DNA of 63,871 nt, the filler included, from Globobulimina sp. (lineage: Eukaryota), in NCBI GenBank assembly GCA_003354225.1. It is 49 parts of 49 records of this genome, joined end to end, with 100 filler letters (N's around TTAATTAATTAA, not from the genome) between each part and the next. Parts side by side here need not be neighbours in the genome. Positions count along the whole stretch, not along the records: positions 11,760 to 12,965 come from PIVH01020993.1; positions 13,066 to 14,271 come from PIVH01020994.1; positions 14,372 to 15,577 come from PIVH01020995.1; positions 15,678 to 16,883 come from PIVH01020996.1; positions 16,984 to 18,189 come from PIVH01020997.1; positions 18,290 to 19,495 come from PIVH01020998.1; positions 19,596 to 20,801 come from PIVH01020999.1; positions 20,902 to 22,107 come from PIVH01021000.1; 41 more parts are not named here. One strand, 5' to 3'. Made by a program: the position numbers and the translations under genes. The notes beneath the pieces were generated by a model. It was not told the origin of the DNA, ran no database searches, and saw only the letters and a list, made by a program, of their open reading frames with translations. Below, piece after piece: positions 11,762-22,827 of the stretch; the stretch's first letter is position 1; every line of letters begins with the position of its first letter.

Positions 11762-12938
11762 AAAGTGCGCAACTTATACGCTGTCTTATTGCATGATTAT
11801 CTAAAACAACACTCAGACGCCTTGGAACAGTATGAATTATGTGTCGAAGACGACGAATTCAACGCATCTGCCCATTATAACTGGGCCATATTATATAAGA
11901 ATTTCTACAAAGACTATGAATCCGCAGAGATTCATTACCGCAAAGCCATCGAATTAAAGCCAAACCACGCCGCCTACCACAACAACTACGGCTTATTATT
12001 GGAGCAACAGTTAAAAAAATACGACGCCGCCAAGAAACAGTTTGGTACCGCCTTATCCCTCGACGACAAAAACGGCCGCGCCCACACCAATATGGCCAAT
12101 TTGTTGAAGAAACACTACAAAGACTACCAAACCGCCAAAATCCATTACGAAAATGCCATCAATTTGGACCCACAAAATCCCACTCGACATTTCAACTACG
12201 CCTTATTTCTGAAACACAACCTCAATGATTACACGTCTGCGGCCAACGAGTACGAGAAAGCCATCAATTTAGACAACAATTACTACCAAGCACACAATGA
12301 GTACAAAAACTTCCTATTAACAGAGTCTCCCTTTCATCGCAAGAACAACGGCAACAAAAAAGAACATTGCAACCGGTGCCTCAAATACGCCCTGATTTTA
12401 CTGTGGAATAAGAAGATAAAAGACGCGAAGGAGATTATTGCCATGGCCTTGAAATGCCAACCAAACCACCCCTTTGCCAAAGTGATCAACGAACCGTATA
12501 ACACCATTGACAATGATATGAGTGTCAACAATGAGCAGTTGTATTACCAACAGTTGGTGTCACAGAAAGAGAATGAATTATACAATTTACACAGCAAAAT
12601 GGACCGATTTCATCGTCGTTTGAGTAATATCACGTCGTCGTTGAAGAAGTTCCAAACTGTAAACGCCAACAATATATTACCCACCATCAACATGGAACAT
12701 TCTGTAGATTCTATGCAGGAAATCGACAAAAACACATCTACGATGAGCAGTGCATCGAGTATGGCCTCACAGCCACAGCCACAAACTATGCCGGTGATTA
12801 CCCCTTTTTCGCCACAGGGCTTTGGTGACTATCACGAGAAACGTAATAGTGGCACATCGTCCGTGTTATCGCAGTCTCAATCGCAGTCTCAGAACGGTGC
12901 GAATGTCAACAATCGGCCGGGCAATTTATACCGCGAAG
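11762..12938 (+). CDS. TPR-repeat protein, partial
   Basis: About five tandem TPR-like units (e.g. AHYNWAILY..A..HYRKAIELKP); donor GTATGT at 12939. Confidence 0.9.
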
Positions 12939-13065
12939 GTATGTTACGCGTGTTTGCGAATTTGCNNNNNNNNNNNNNNNNNNNNNNNNNNNNNNNNNNN
13001 NNNNNNNNNTTAATTAATTAANNNNNNNNNNNNNNNNNNNNNNNNNNNNNNNNNNNNNNNNNNNN

Positions 13066-13639
13066 ATGGTTTTATACCAAAAACCTCCTGACTAACTTTG
13101 TTGCTTTTAACAACACTGTTTCTGCGGTTTGCTTTGTACATATTAATTTGTGCAGTGTTTTTCAGTTTTACAACGCTATTTATTTCGTTTTTGATCATTT
13201 TTGTGGGTGTAATGTCATAGGCGTCTTTTAAATCTTGTATTGATTTACAAAAATCGTTTATATTTTTATAAGATATGCCGCGACGAAATAAAGATTTAAC
13301 ATCTTTACTTTTCAATGTTAAAATGAGATTACATTTATCAATGCATTTAATCCAAGCTGTTTGCTTAAAATGTATTGCAGAAATATTTTTAAGCGCCGTA
13401 ATTCTCATTGTATTTAAGCTATTCTTTGCCTTATCTTTATTCATAATATGATTGTAAATGTTTGCGTTCAACAATGGTAACAAAGGTTTATTTGGTGTCA
13501 ACCCAACACATCTTAATATTTGACAGTAATACGATAGAGAAGATTCATACTGCTTTTGTTTGAAACAATCATTTCCTTTATTCTTTAAGCCACATAAATC
13601 CTGCATCAATTTATCTGTAGCTGCATTCAAATAATTCAT
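13066..13639 (-). CDS. Co-chaperone-type TPR protein, partial
   Basis: LKNKGNDCFKQKQY, NISAIHFK and VKSLFRRG carboxylate-clamp-like TPR triad. Confidence 0.8.
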
Positions 13640-13722
13640 CTGATATGAACTAGTTTACTGAAGTAACTAATATCTGTAAAAAACCCCTTATTTAACACAC
13701 TTTTACAAACACATCCACAGTA

Positions 13723-14194
13723 ATGGCACAACAAGGAGGAGGCAACCAAAAAAAAACAACCGGAATCTGTAAAAGATTCAACGCCGCAAAAGGATTTGGC
13801 TTTATTACCTGCGATGATGGCTCTGGTGATGTGTTTGTCCATCAAACCGAGATTTATGCGGATGGCTTTCGCTCATTACAAGAAGGCGAAGAATTAGAAT
13901 ATGATGTTGTTGTTCAAGATGATGGCAGAAGGAAAGCGATCAATGTAACGGGACCAAAAGGATCGTTCGTAAAAGGTGGCGGTAACCGAGGTGGTGGCGG
14001 CGGCGGTGGTTATGGAGGTAATGGTATTTTATTTTATTTTATTTGTCCTATCCTTGCACACAATTCTTAAACAAAACAAATTGAATTCAATGCATGATGT
14101 GCTAACATAGGCGGCGGAGGAGGAGGATATCGAGGCGGTGGAGGCGGCGGTGGTTATCGCGGAGGAGGTGGCGGTGGATATCGCGGCGGAGGAG
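13723..14194 (+). CDS. Cold-shock domain protein with Gly/YRGG-rich tail (exons 13723-14023, 14111-14194, continues)
   Basis: KGFGFI and DVFVHQT RNP motifs. Intron 14024-14110 with a GCTAAC branch-like site. Exon 2 encodes GGGGYRGG repeats. Confidence 0.95.
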
Positions 14195-14372
14195 GTATTT
14201 TTTCTTATTATATTTGCATTTTGCATGCTATTCAAATAAAACTAATATAATCAACTTTAATTTAACTGTAANNNNNNNNNNNNNNNNNNNNNNNNNNNNN
14301 NNNNNNNNNNNNNNNTTAATTAATTAANNNNNNNNNNNNNNNNNNNNNNNNNNNNNNNNNNNNNNNNNNNNG

Positions 14373-15445
14373 TTGAATGTCGAAAATAGCATTCGTAAAA
14401 CCCGCATATTAGAACGTGGCGACGTCTGTGGCGAATATGCCATTTTAAGCGGCAAACATCGCGACAGCGTAAAATGTCTAACCTGGTCAGAATTTTATGT
14501 CATAGACATCAATGATTTGTTATCCGTACTTCGCAGTAATTTCATCGACGCAAAAGTGTTCCTGACGCAATACCAGCGCATTAAGACTGTGCTGCGAAAG
14601 ACACTCCAAAAAGCGACCAAACGTAAAGTGAAATTCTCAGACAAATTACCAAAGGAAAATGGCGATTTCATCCATGAATTATCGCGCGATGCCACGCATT
14701 CCACCATTCAGGCAGACACCACATACATTCGACCATTAAATATCCCATCAGCACCGGTACGGAATGAAAGAAAAGCAACATTTGCAAGTACTGGCACTGG
14801 AGCAGAGAAGTTGCGGTATCGACATCTGCGCAGCTCCTCCTCCGGATTAATTCGAAAGTTATCCGGCATTTTGCAGCGGCAAAACAGTGCCGGACGACAT
14901 GAGATAGTGATTAAAAAACCCAATGCTTTGTCCATGGATGTGGCGAGATTGGATACAGCGCATCGCGAGTTTGACTATTCTGACCATGAGGATTCCCATT
15001 TTTTTTCTGATGTTAATCACCAGCACGACATCGTACATCATCATCGTGGTCGGCAGAAACAGGTTGCTGTGAATAGGAGAGTGGGCGGGAGCAAGTTTGG
15101 TGCAATAAAGCGACATAAAAACAATAATACGAGAAAGAGCAAGAGTTTTGGACAGAAAATGGGTCAACAAATTGCAGAGATGTTGCATGGCCACCGATTG
15201 AAGACTGACGATATCGATGATTCTGTGGAACAGATCGCGTTGCGCAGCGAGGAAGGCTCTGAAACGATGTCTGTGGGCAGTGATGATCATGATTTATGCG
15301 GTGAAATTGATGGGAATGCGACGATGTCGGTGTTAACTTTGCCGAAACAACAAAGTGTGATTGAGATGCAGCAGAGCATCACGCATACTCCGCATAGCCA
15401 TAAATGTAATAATTATAACTCTGAGCTGGGTGTAATTCCGGCAAA
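14373..15445 (+). CDS. C-terminal part of a cyclic-nucleotide-binding-domain protein (KCNH/CNG-channel-like)
   Basis: LERGDVCGEYAIL...RDSVKCLTWSEFYVI followed by a disordered tail. Confidence 0.7.
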
Positions 15446-15577
15446 GCAGGAGTTTGATGCCGATGCATGAGACTTTTTTATCATCATCCGGCTTGGTGTC
15501 AGCTGGTTAATACATCCGCCGCGATCAGGTGATTCTCCTGGTTCACCGATAGGGTCATAGACTGCACTAGCTTGATA
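15446..15577 (-). CDS. Bacterial DMSO-reductase-family molybdoenzyme C-terminal fragment (pyrogallol transhydroxylase-like)
   Basis: Minus strand reads YQASAVYDPIGEPGESPDRGGCINQLTPSRMMIKKSHASASNSC. Not in the ORF track. Confidence 0.65.
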
Positions 15578-15779
15578 NNNNNNNNNNNNNNNNNNNNNNN
15601 NNNNNNNNNNNNNNNNNNNNNTTAATTAATTAANNNNNNNNNNNNNNNNNNNNNNNNNNNNNNNNNNNNNNNNNNNNCGAACAATCAGCAAAACAGTAAA
15701 AAGCGATTTGATTAATATAATATTTGAAACAACAAAAAAATATACATAGCCGACAATATATGATTATATATGCTTACAC

Positions 15780-16658
15780 TTATATTTTCGTTCTCATTTC
15801 ATTTCTTATTTTCCGTGCAATATCGTTATTCCTTCTCATTATCCGCTCTTTCGTGTCTTTATATTGTTGTATATGTAACTGAAACAACGACAATTTCGTA
15901 ATATTAGTATTGCTCTCCAAAGCCGGTAGAAAATCCTCCTTAATAATCTTAGTGGGGATATCATTTTTATTCTCCTGCCATGAAATATATTTCAAACACG
16001 CCAAATTCAATGAAATCAACTCACACAATTTCTTTGCGCCCGCAATAAATATCTTGCTACAATTAATGGACAATTCCGCCACATAAAAATATTGAATATT
16101 ATCCAACAACACATCCATGAACGGCACAAATAACTTGTCCTCCAGCCACAGATTATTCAATAGCACCTTTTCAACCTTATTATGAATGCGGTTTTTATCC
16201 ACAATGCTATACGCTAAGCATTGCATAAATTGAATGCGATATTCTTGCTTTGACAAACGGTTCAAAACCGCATAGCGATTATTCATATTTAAGGTATAGA
16301 TCTCGCGTTTGTCCTTATTACTAAACTCGTAGCCCAACACTCCGCGGCTCTGTATAATGGACGTTGCGTCTGCTTCGATGGAGGACGATGCAATCAACAT
16401 TTCACGCAAATCTTTATTGACAGTTTCCTGCTTTTCTTCGAATGAATCTTTGTTTTTTATTAAAGCGGATTCCATTTTATGCTGAACACGTTCTTGCAAT
16501 AATTGCTTAGCTCTGCCTTTCGCCAATGAGCCCATTTGGATTTCTTCTTTTCCCTCTTCTTCCAAAATAGTTCGCAACGCTTTTTCTAATCGTTGGATTT
16601 TGGCTGCTGCTGCTTCGATTATTTTATCTTTCGAACGTACTGTACTCTCTGCCATCAT
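15780..16658 (-). CDS. Coiled-coil protein with tropomodulin-like C-terminal LRR
   Basis: RNI-type LRRs ending ALESNTNITKLSL...IMRRNNDIARKIR. The 5' end may extend further. Confidence 0.65.
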   Translation of the reverse strand: MMAESTVRSKDKIIEAAAAKIQRLEKALRTILEEEGKEEIQMGSLAKGRAKQLLQERVQHKMESALIKNKDSFEEKQETVNKDLREMLIASSSIEADATSIIQSRGVLGYEFSNKDKREIYTLNMNNRYAVLNRLSKQEYRIQFMQCLAYSIVDKNRIHNKVEKVLLNNLWLEDKLFVPFMDVLLDNIQYFYVAELSINCSKIFIAGAKKLCELISLNLACLKYISWQENKNDIPTKIIKEDFLPALESNTNITKLSLFQLHIQQYKDTKERIMRRNNDIARKIRNEMRTKI

Positions 16659-17029
16659 TTTATCTCTTTGTAGCTGACTGATTACTGAGTGTTGGGTTCG
16701 ATGTGTTGTATATGTGTGGAAATAATATGGAACAAATTAACGTTGGTTTTTAGCTTTAGTGTCTACAGAATTTACAGCGATTTGTAGTTGTTCAACTTCA
16801 GAAGTGCTCATTTGATGGATTATGTTTTGTGTTTGTTGCTCAATGTCTTCTTGATCGTCGATTAATTTTATCCCGTTATTTTTNNNNNNNNNNNNNNNNN
16901 NNNNNNNNNNNNNNNNNNNNNNNNNNNTTAATTAATTAANNNNNNNNNNNNNNNNNNNNNNNNNNNNNNNNNNNNNNNNNNNNTTAATAATACTTTTCAT
17001 GGCAGTTAATTTATATTTTTATATATATT

Positions 17030-17881
17030 TTGAATAAAAATTTAATTAGAAACGAAACATACAATTTAATAATGAACATAGAAACGAATAATACAGTAAC
17101 AAATGATACTGCTGATTCAGGGGAAAATAGATCATCCGGAACGAATTCATCGGAAACAAATTATATTTTAATAGCAACCGCAAGCTTATTTATATTTATT
17201 TTCTGTGTCGTGGGTATTGTGGCTTGTTGGTGTATTCGCGTTATTTATGTAAAGAAGAAACAAAAATGGATGAGCCATGCAACCGCGGTTGTAAATGATG
17301 TCAAGGTGGCACCAACAACACAGCTCGGGGTTGAAATGCATGACATGGAACGTATACAGTCAGCGTCGAGTTTATCAAAAATGATAGAAGCAGAAAATAT
17401 AATTAATATTAATATAACACAGGTTGATGACGATGATGATGCTTATGATGCTGATGATATTTTATTGACAATACCTTCTTTGCCACAAATGCCAGCTACA
17501 ATTCCTTCTTTACCGAATGAATTGATTATGGCTGGCACATTGGATGGAAACTTACCTTCTTTGCCCAAAGAAATGGATGACAATTATTTAGAGCTTGGTG
17601 GTGTGGTGGATATCATAGTTGAAAAGCAAAAAACAACTGCATTATTACATGAACAACAAACGGAGAACAATATATTGAAAAATGAGATGATATTGAAAAA
17701 AACTAAGCTATTTGCTGAAGGAGATGATATTGAAAAAAAATCTCTTCAACATGGCTCACTTCAGACTGTGTCTGCACAATACATTGAATCCTATGTTTAT
17801 GAATCATATGAGTCTTCAATTGAAGCTAATCATACAACAGCAACAACAATAGGAGGAGGAGGAGGAGGAAATCACGTATGA
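17030..17881 (+). CDS. Single-pass membrane protein, C-terminal exon
   Basis: N-glycosylation-rich stalk, TM helix followed by KKKQK, then an acidic tail. Confidence 0.6.
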   Translation: MNKNLIRNETYNLIMNIETNNTVTNDTADSGENRSSGTNSSETNYILIATASLFIFIFCVVGIVACWCIRVIYVKKKQKWMSHATAVVNDVKVAPTTQLGVEMHDMERIQSASSLSKMIEAENIININITQVDDDDDAYDADDILLTIPSLPQMPATIPSLPNELIMAGTLDGNLPSLPKEMDDNYLELGGVVDIIVEKQKTTALLHEQQTENNILKNEMILKKTKLFAEGDDIEKKSLQHGSLQTVSAQYIESYVYESYESSIEANHTTATTIGGGGGGNHV

Positions 17882-17976
17882 CAATGTATAATAATATAAT
17901 GTATTATATTTTAAGCAAATAACGTTTTAGGCAGCACCGTCCATAATGATTTAGTCAGTTTAATACGGATAAATTC

Positions 17977-18159
17977 CTGGAATTTCAGAAATTGGATAGT
18001 CACGAAAAGTTCTTGTCCTTGTCGTGAATTTTATTTTCTTACTTTTCGTCACGTGACACAGATTTACTTTTCATGACTCATGTATTTTGTTGTGACTTTC
18101 ATATACTTTTAGTGAACTCAAAAAACCCTCTCGTGACTATCCAATTTCTGAAATTCCAG
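17977..18159. mobile_element. 183-bp MITE with perfect 29-bp TIRs and 8-bp TSD
   Basis: TIR CTGGAATTTCAGAAATTGGATAGTCACGA (17977-18005 / 18131-18159). TSD ATAAATTC at 17969-17976 and 18160-18167. Confidence 0.95.
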
Positions 18160-18343
18160 ATAAATTCGCATTCTTGTTTGGTTTAAAAANNNNNNNNNNN
18201 NNNNNNNNNNNNNNNNNNNNNNNNNNNNNNNNNTTAATTAATTAANNNNNNNNNNNNNNNNNNNNNNNNNNNNNNNNNNNNNNNNNNNNTCACACTACCC
18301 CAAAGCACCTTAATCCCTGGCGACCAGAAACAAGAAGAAAAGG

Positions 18344-19092
18344 ATGGGTTTTAGCGCACAAGAGGACAACAAAAAAGATGCAGTTGCAGTGCCTTTCCAA
18401 CACACACATACAAAAACCGCACACGCATTGGAACACGCAAAAATGGTGCAAAAAGGCAAGAAATTTTGGGAAGAAAAAGAAGCGTACGAACATGTATCTG
18501 ATGTGGAATGGTGGCAATTAAAAGCTGCTAAAGATTTTGAAACCGGCATTGGCCAAACATTTTTCCATCAAGGTACCACACAAACAAATACCACACATTA
18601 TAACCTACAAAACGTATAATATATAGGCACATTATCCACGTGGACCGACCAACAAATTGTATCCTTACAACAAGAAATGCAACAAACGCTACAGTTAGCC
18701 GGTTATAATGACGATGATACGGAGCATGTTCGCCTTAAAACGCCTGATCATGAAATCATGCCCGGTCAAAAAGCCGATGCAAATATGGGCGATTTTGCTG
18801 CAGAAATCCAGCGTCAACAAGCAAAGCAAAAACAGACTGAAACGCAAAAAGCAGCAAAAGAAGAAGACGAACATCCGTTGTCATTGTACGAATTTGATGA
18901 TGAAATAATCCATACCGGCAACAGCGATGAGGAGGATTCGGAGGAGAAACGAAGTAAATATATCGGCGATTCCATGATTGAGTTCGACATCAAACAGTTG
19001 ACGTCCATGGATGAGTTAGCCGGCACATTCGACGCAAAACCGCGCGGATCGCATAAACGAACCCGCACAGAGGCATTGCGGGTGAAATTGCA
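18344..19092 (+). CDS. Hypothetical eukaryotic protein, probably spliced (intron ~18572-18627)
   Basis: Two ORFs joinable by a GT-AG intron; acidic/coiled-coil composition. Confidence 0.45.
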
Positions 19093-19495
19093 AAACATGC
19101 AGTCAGAGTTGGACAGACTGTTACCTTTATCGAACATGATCAACCCGCATACAGTGTTGGTGCAAAACGCATTCAAGGGCTTTTTCCGCCCGCATTTGCC
19201 GGTAATTTTTCCGCATTAGAATCTGGCTATCGTTTCGTTCTCGGTGGACGAACTCGCTTAGCGGGTCGACCCAGCCAGTTAGTGCGCATTATTCCTAATG
19301 ATGAGTATCGTTACGGTTATCAAGTATGGTTAGATATGGAAACATCGCTTCCACTGCGTTATGACATGCTGACTCAAGACAAACAACTGTTGGAACAGAT
19401 ACTTGTGGTCGAGCTATTAGTGCTCGATGAAGTACCGGCTATTCTCCATGACGCCTATAAACAGGATTGGCCGAGCGTTCTCTCTCAATCTGAGC
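19093..19495 (+). CDS. rseB: Gammaproteobacterial sigma-E regulator RseB/MucB fragment
   Basis: Open frame AVRVGQTVTFIEHDQPAYSV...YRFVLGGRTRLAGRPSQLVRIIPNDEYRYGYQVWLD..LPLRYD. Confidence 0.85.
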
Positions 19496-19595
19496 NNNNN
19501 NNNNNNNNNNNNNNNNNNNNNNNNNNNNNNNNNNNNNNNTTAATTAATTAANNNNNNNNNNNNNNNNNNNNNNNNNNNNNNNNNNNNNNNNNNNN

Positions 19596-19805
19596 GACTT
19601 TATCAAGAATCTGAACGGTGTTCCGGACCCAATTATTGGCATTTTTGTTATACATGGCAGAGTTTCTATGGTGTAGTTTTGAGCGAAGTCATCTACAGCG
19701 TTTTCTGTTGAGAACTTAAAAAAAGAATAGGTACATATTAAAATTATAATGGCTGCAATTAAAATTTACCATATCGTTCGCCACATTTTTCTTCGGTCTA
19801 GGCAT
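19596..19805 (-). CDS. Putative Polinton-type major capsid protein N-terminus (exons 19805-19770, 19714-19596)
   Basis: Removing a 55-nt GTAAAT..TTTTAAG intron gives MPRPKKNVANDMFSTENAVDDFAQNYTIETLPCITKMPIIGSGTPFRFLIK. This resembles the DLFS...PIEF.I start of Polinton MCPs and lies downstream of the penton. Confidence 0.5.
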
Positions 19806-19947
19806 GTTTGATAGTTCGTGGTTTTTTATTCGGCTTAAATTTATAAGTGTTTTTTCGTTTTTGTTTAGGTTTAGGTTGGGGAACCTGATAGACAAAACGT
19901 TTTATTCCAAATTTTAACAAATCGTCTCCCCGAACAAACAGAGCCAT
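19798..19947 (-). CDS. Small basic 49-aa ORF between penton and putative MCP
   Basis: MALFVRGDDLLKFGIKRFVYQVPQPKPKQKRKNTYKFKPNKKPRTIKHA; overlaps the next ORF's start by 8 nt. Confidence 0.45.
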   Translation of the reverse strand: MALFVRGDDLLKFGIKRFVYQVPQPKPKQKRKNTYKFKPNKKPRTIKHA

Positions 19948-20014
19948 GATTAGTACAGTATAAATCGAACGTTTATATACAAAATATACATCAAATTCAT
20001 CTATCTATGCATCA

Positions 20015-20800
20015 TCATTCATCAGATTTTACAAAGTGCAGCACCACAAACAGGTAGCCGTCTTCCATTTCCAATGGTTGTCCAAGGCTGTTTGTTAACC
20101 GGACTTCGATTTTTCCTGACACATTTCCTCCGAGCCATTTGTGATATGTAGGGTTGGATTTGTGGAATTCGATGGAATCGCCTGCCTCATACAGCTTTGT
20201 ATCCTCGGTTACATCAGTCAGAGCCTTTACAATGGTGTTGTTGGCAAGAACACCTGGGATATTCTGGGAAGTCAAATACAAAATGTCGTAAAAGGAATTG
20301 TTTAGATAGTCTCCTTTTATAGTTATTTCCATAGGCGACTCAACCGCCTCATATTCGTACCGATCCAAACGCAGGAGCATTTTCAAACCATCCGAGAATA
20401 TAACGCTGACCCCGGGTTGGATAACGATTTTTCGTGCAGCGAAACCTGAACCACCAAATTTTACCCAATCCTCTGGTTTTTGTTTCAGTTCTTTCAGAGC
20501 TTCGGTGAGAGCTTCTCTCAATTTGGCGGTCATTTCAGAGATCTTGAACATCCTTTGTCCCAGAATCTCAAAATTTATTGCTTCTGTCTTCCCGGCCACA
20601 GTTCTTTCTAAGTCACATTGAATTTTTGGGGTGGTGTTCCATGTTTTAGAAAGTTTTCCACGGAGAGCGGCCACCTTCCACTTCGTAGTGTCTCCCAAGG
20701 TTTTGGAGTATTGAAAGGGGACCACATTGCTCGCCACCGCTTTGTTCCCTGCCCGACCTCTGTGGCTAGTCAAATACATATAGAAAGATTCGTCGGCCAT
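20015..20800 (-). CDS. Polinton/Maverick (adintovirus-like) minor capsid protein (penton)
   Basis: N-terminal SFYMYLTS, WKVAAL and TWN; C-terminal ILYLTS, NPTYH, IEVRLTNSLGQP and VVLHF; 261 aa. Confidence 0.8.
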   Translation of the reverse strand: MADESFYMYLTSHRGRAGNKAVASNVVPFQYSKTLGDTTKWKVAALRGKLSKTWNTTPKIQCDLERTVAGKTEAINFEILGQRMFKISEMTAKLREALTEALKELKQKPEDWVKFGGSGFAARKIVIQPGVSVIFSDGLKMLLRLDRYEYEAVESPMEITIKGDYLNNSFYDILYLTSQNIPGVLANNTIVKALTDVTEDTKLYEAGDSIEFHKSNPTYHKWLGGNVSGKIEVRLTNSLGQPLEMEDGYLFVVLHFVKSDE

Positions 20801-21172
20801 TNNNNNNNNNNNNNNNNNNNNNNNNNNNNNNNNNNNNNNNNNNNNTTAATTAATTAANNNNNNNNNNNNNNNNNNNNNNNNNNNNNNNNNNNNNNNNNNN
20901 NATTGCGCGAGTGATGTGTATGTAGTGAATTAAAATCAATAATGTGGATAAAATTGTTGACATGATTGGTGACATTGTTTTTGTTGAACTTACTGAGGAA
21001 TTTCAGATTATCCTTGCACACCGGCCGGGAAGGTGGTGATAACGAAATTCTTTGAATTCGGATTACTGCTACGTACATACTTACTATACACAAACACAGA
21101 AACACTGTATACACATCACCACAACACAAGAAAGATTTATATCACATAAAAATATTATTCATGTAGCTTGTC

Positions 21173-21955
21173 CTAATTTAATGTCACCTCGGCATCATTT
21201 ATAACTTCGGCATCATTTATAACATTTAATGTTTCTATCACACCAAAACCAATCACAATTGGTGCATTTTTCAAACCTTCGTCGTCGCCTTCGACTTCAT
21301 TTATTAATTCATTCTTATCACCCTCACAACCATCACCACCTCGTGTTGGAATCAAGTGAAGCGGCCTCACTTCGGGCATTGGTTCGAGCTCAACTGAATC
21401 GACACAGCCAGTCCTGACCCTGGCATTGGGTTTAATATTCTCACTGTCACTATCAATCTTAATAGAAACTGCATTTTTTTTACGATTTCTTGATTCTTCC
21501 ACAGTAAAAACAATCGGTGAACAAACAGGAGCTTCATTTAATTTCCATGAATGTTGTAGAATTTGTGCTAATTGGCCACTTTGTTGAGATTTGCGTAGTA
21601 ACATTTTATAATTTATCTCTCTGCTTTGTATATGATTTAAATGAATATACATTTTTACTTTTAAGCCATTTGGAATTGTGGTTGGTCGCATTACTTCAAC
21701 TAATCTTTCTTGATTTAGTCCCAATACGGACGATATTTGACTTCTAATTTTAGAAACTTGATTTTTACAGACATTCGAGTTTTGTACCATTGCAGAGCCA
21801 GTCACTTCGAACTCAATCATTGCATATCCCGAACTATTTAATATGTGTTTTCCAGTTAGCATGGATGTTACCACAATTGAAATACTTGAAAAAATCATTG
21901 AAAATACTGCAATCTCATTAAATTGCCCAATTTTAACCAAAAATAAACTCTGCAA
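21173..21955 (-). CDS. Membrane protein C-terminal exon, unknown function
   Basis: Last TM helix followed by a soluble tail; acceptor near 21965. Confidence 0.5.
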   Translation of the reverse strand: MQSLFLVKIGQFNEIAVFSMIFSSISIVVTSMLTGKHILNSSGYAMIEFEVTGSAMVQNSNVCKNQVSKIRSQISSVLGLNQERLVEVMRPTTIPNGLKVKMYIHLNHIQSREINYKMLLRKSQQSGQLAQILQHSWKLNEAPVCSPIVFTVEESRNRKKNAVSIKIDSDSENIKPNARVRTGCVDSVELEPMPEVRPLHLIPTRGGDGCEGDKNELINEVEGDDEGLKNAPIVIGFGVIETLNVINDAEVINDAEVTLN

Positions 21956-22216
21956 AATTAATTGTAGGAAATTCTGTGGAAATGTATATATTTATTATGG
22001 TTGTATACATTAAATTGTTTACATTATACCTGCGATTGCATATAAAATTATAATAAATGAAGCAAACCTCAAGCAAAACGATTGAATATCTTTTTTTTGT
22101 TTGAAATNNNNNNNNNNNNNNNNNNNNNNNNNNNNNNNNNNNNNNNNNNNNTTAATTAATTAANNNNNNNNNNNNNNNNNNNNNNNNNNNNNNNNNNNNN
22201 NNNNNNNGTGATCTAT

Positions 22217-22413
22217 CACTGCAGTCACAAGAACTATTGAACTAATTTATTGTGGTGAGCAATCAAATCCAAAAGTCCCATCACCAAAATTAAAATGAGC
22301 TCAATAGTTGTGACTAGTGGCACTGCACAAACACAAAACACGTTATGGAAACACTTTGGTAAATCCGATCATCACAATGAAAATTAGCTCAATAGTTGTG
22401 ACTGACTGCAGTG
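22217..22413. mobile_element. Degenerate ~197-bp MITE-like element
   Basis: Imperfect inverted ends CACTGCAGTCA..AACTATTGA.CTAATTT. An internal copy of GCTCAATAGTTGTGACT lies near 22299. Confidence 0.5.
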
Positions 22414-22827
22414 GAGTGGAATAATTTATTTGCAAGATTCAGTTTGAGGGTAAAAGAAATAATATAAAAGAGAATATTGCTAACGATTGCAATTACTACA
22501 ATCGTAAATACACAAAATATACAAAATATATAATAATAGATCACCCACAAAAAGAAATACGTCGAAGCGATAACTGGAACAAATCACACAAAAACACACA
22601 AAATTTAATTTACAAAAAAAGCTTACAAAAAAAAAAGATTAATAGTAATATTTTCAAAACAAATCACCAAAAATGAGAGGTACAAAGAAACGAGAAAAAA
22701 AAGCTCATGCACAAAAACAATAAATAAAATAAAATAACACTCATTATATTATTTATATTACTTATATAACAGAAAAAACAATATATACTAATGCAAGACT
22801 AATAATTTCATTCTTCGTATCATATAT

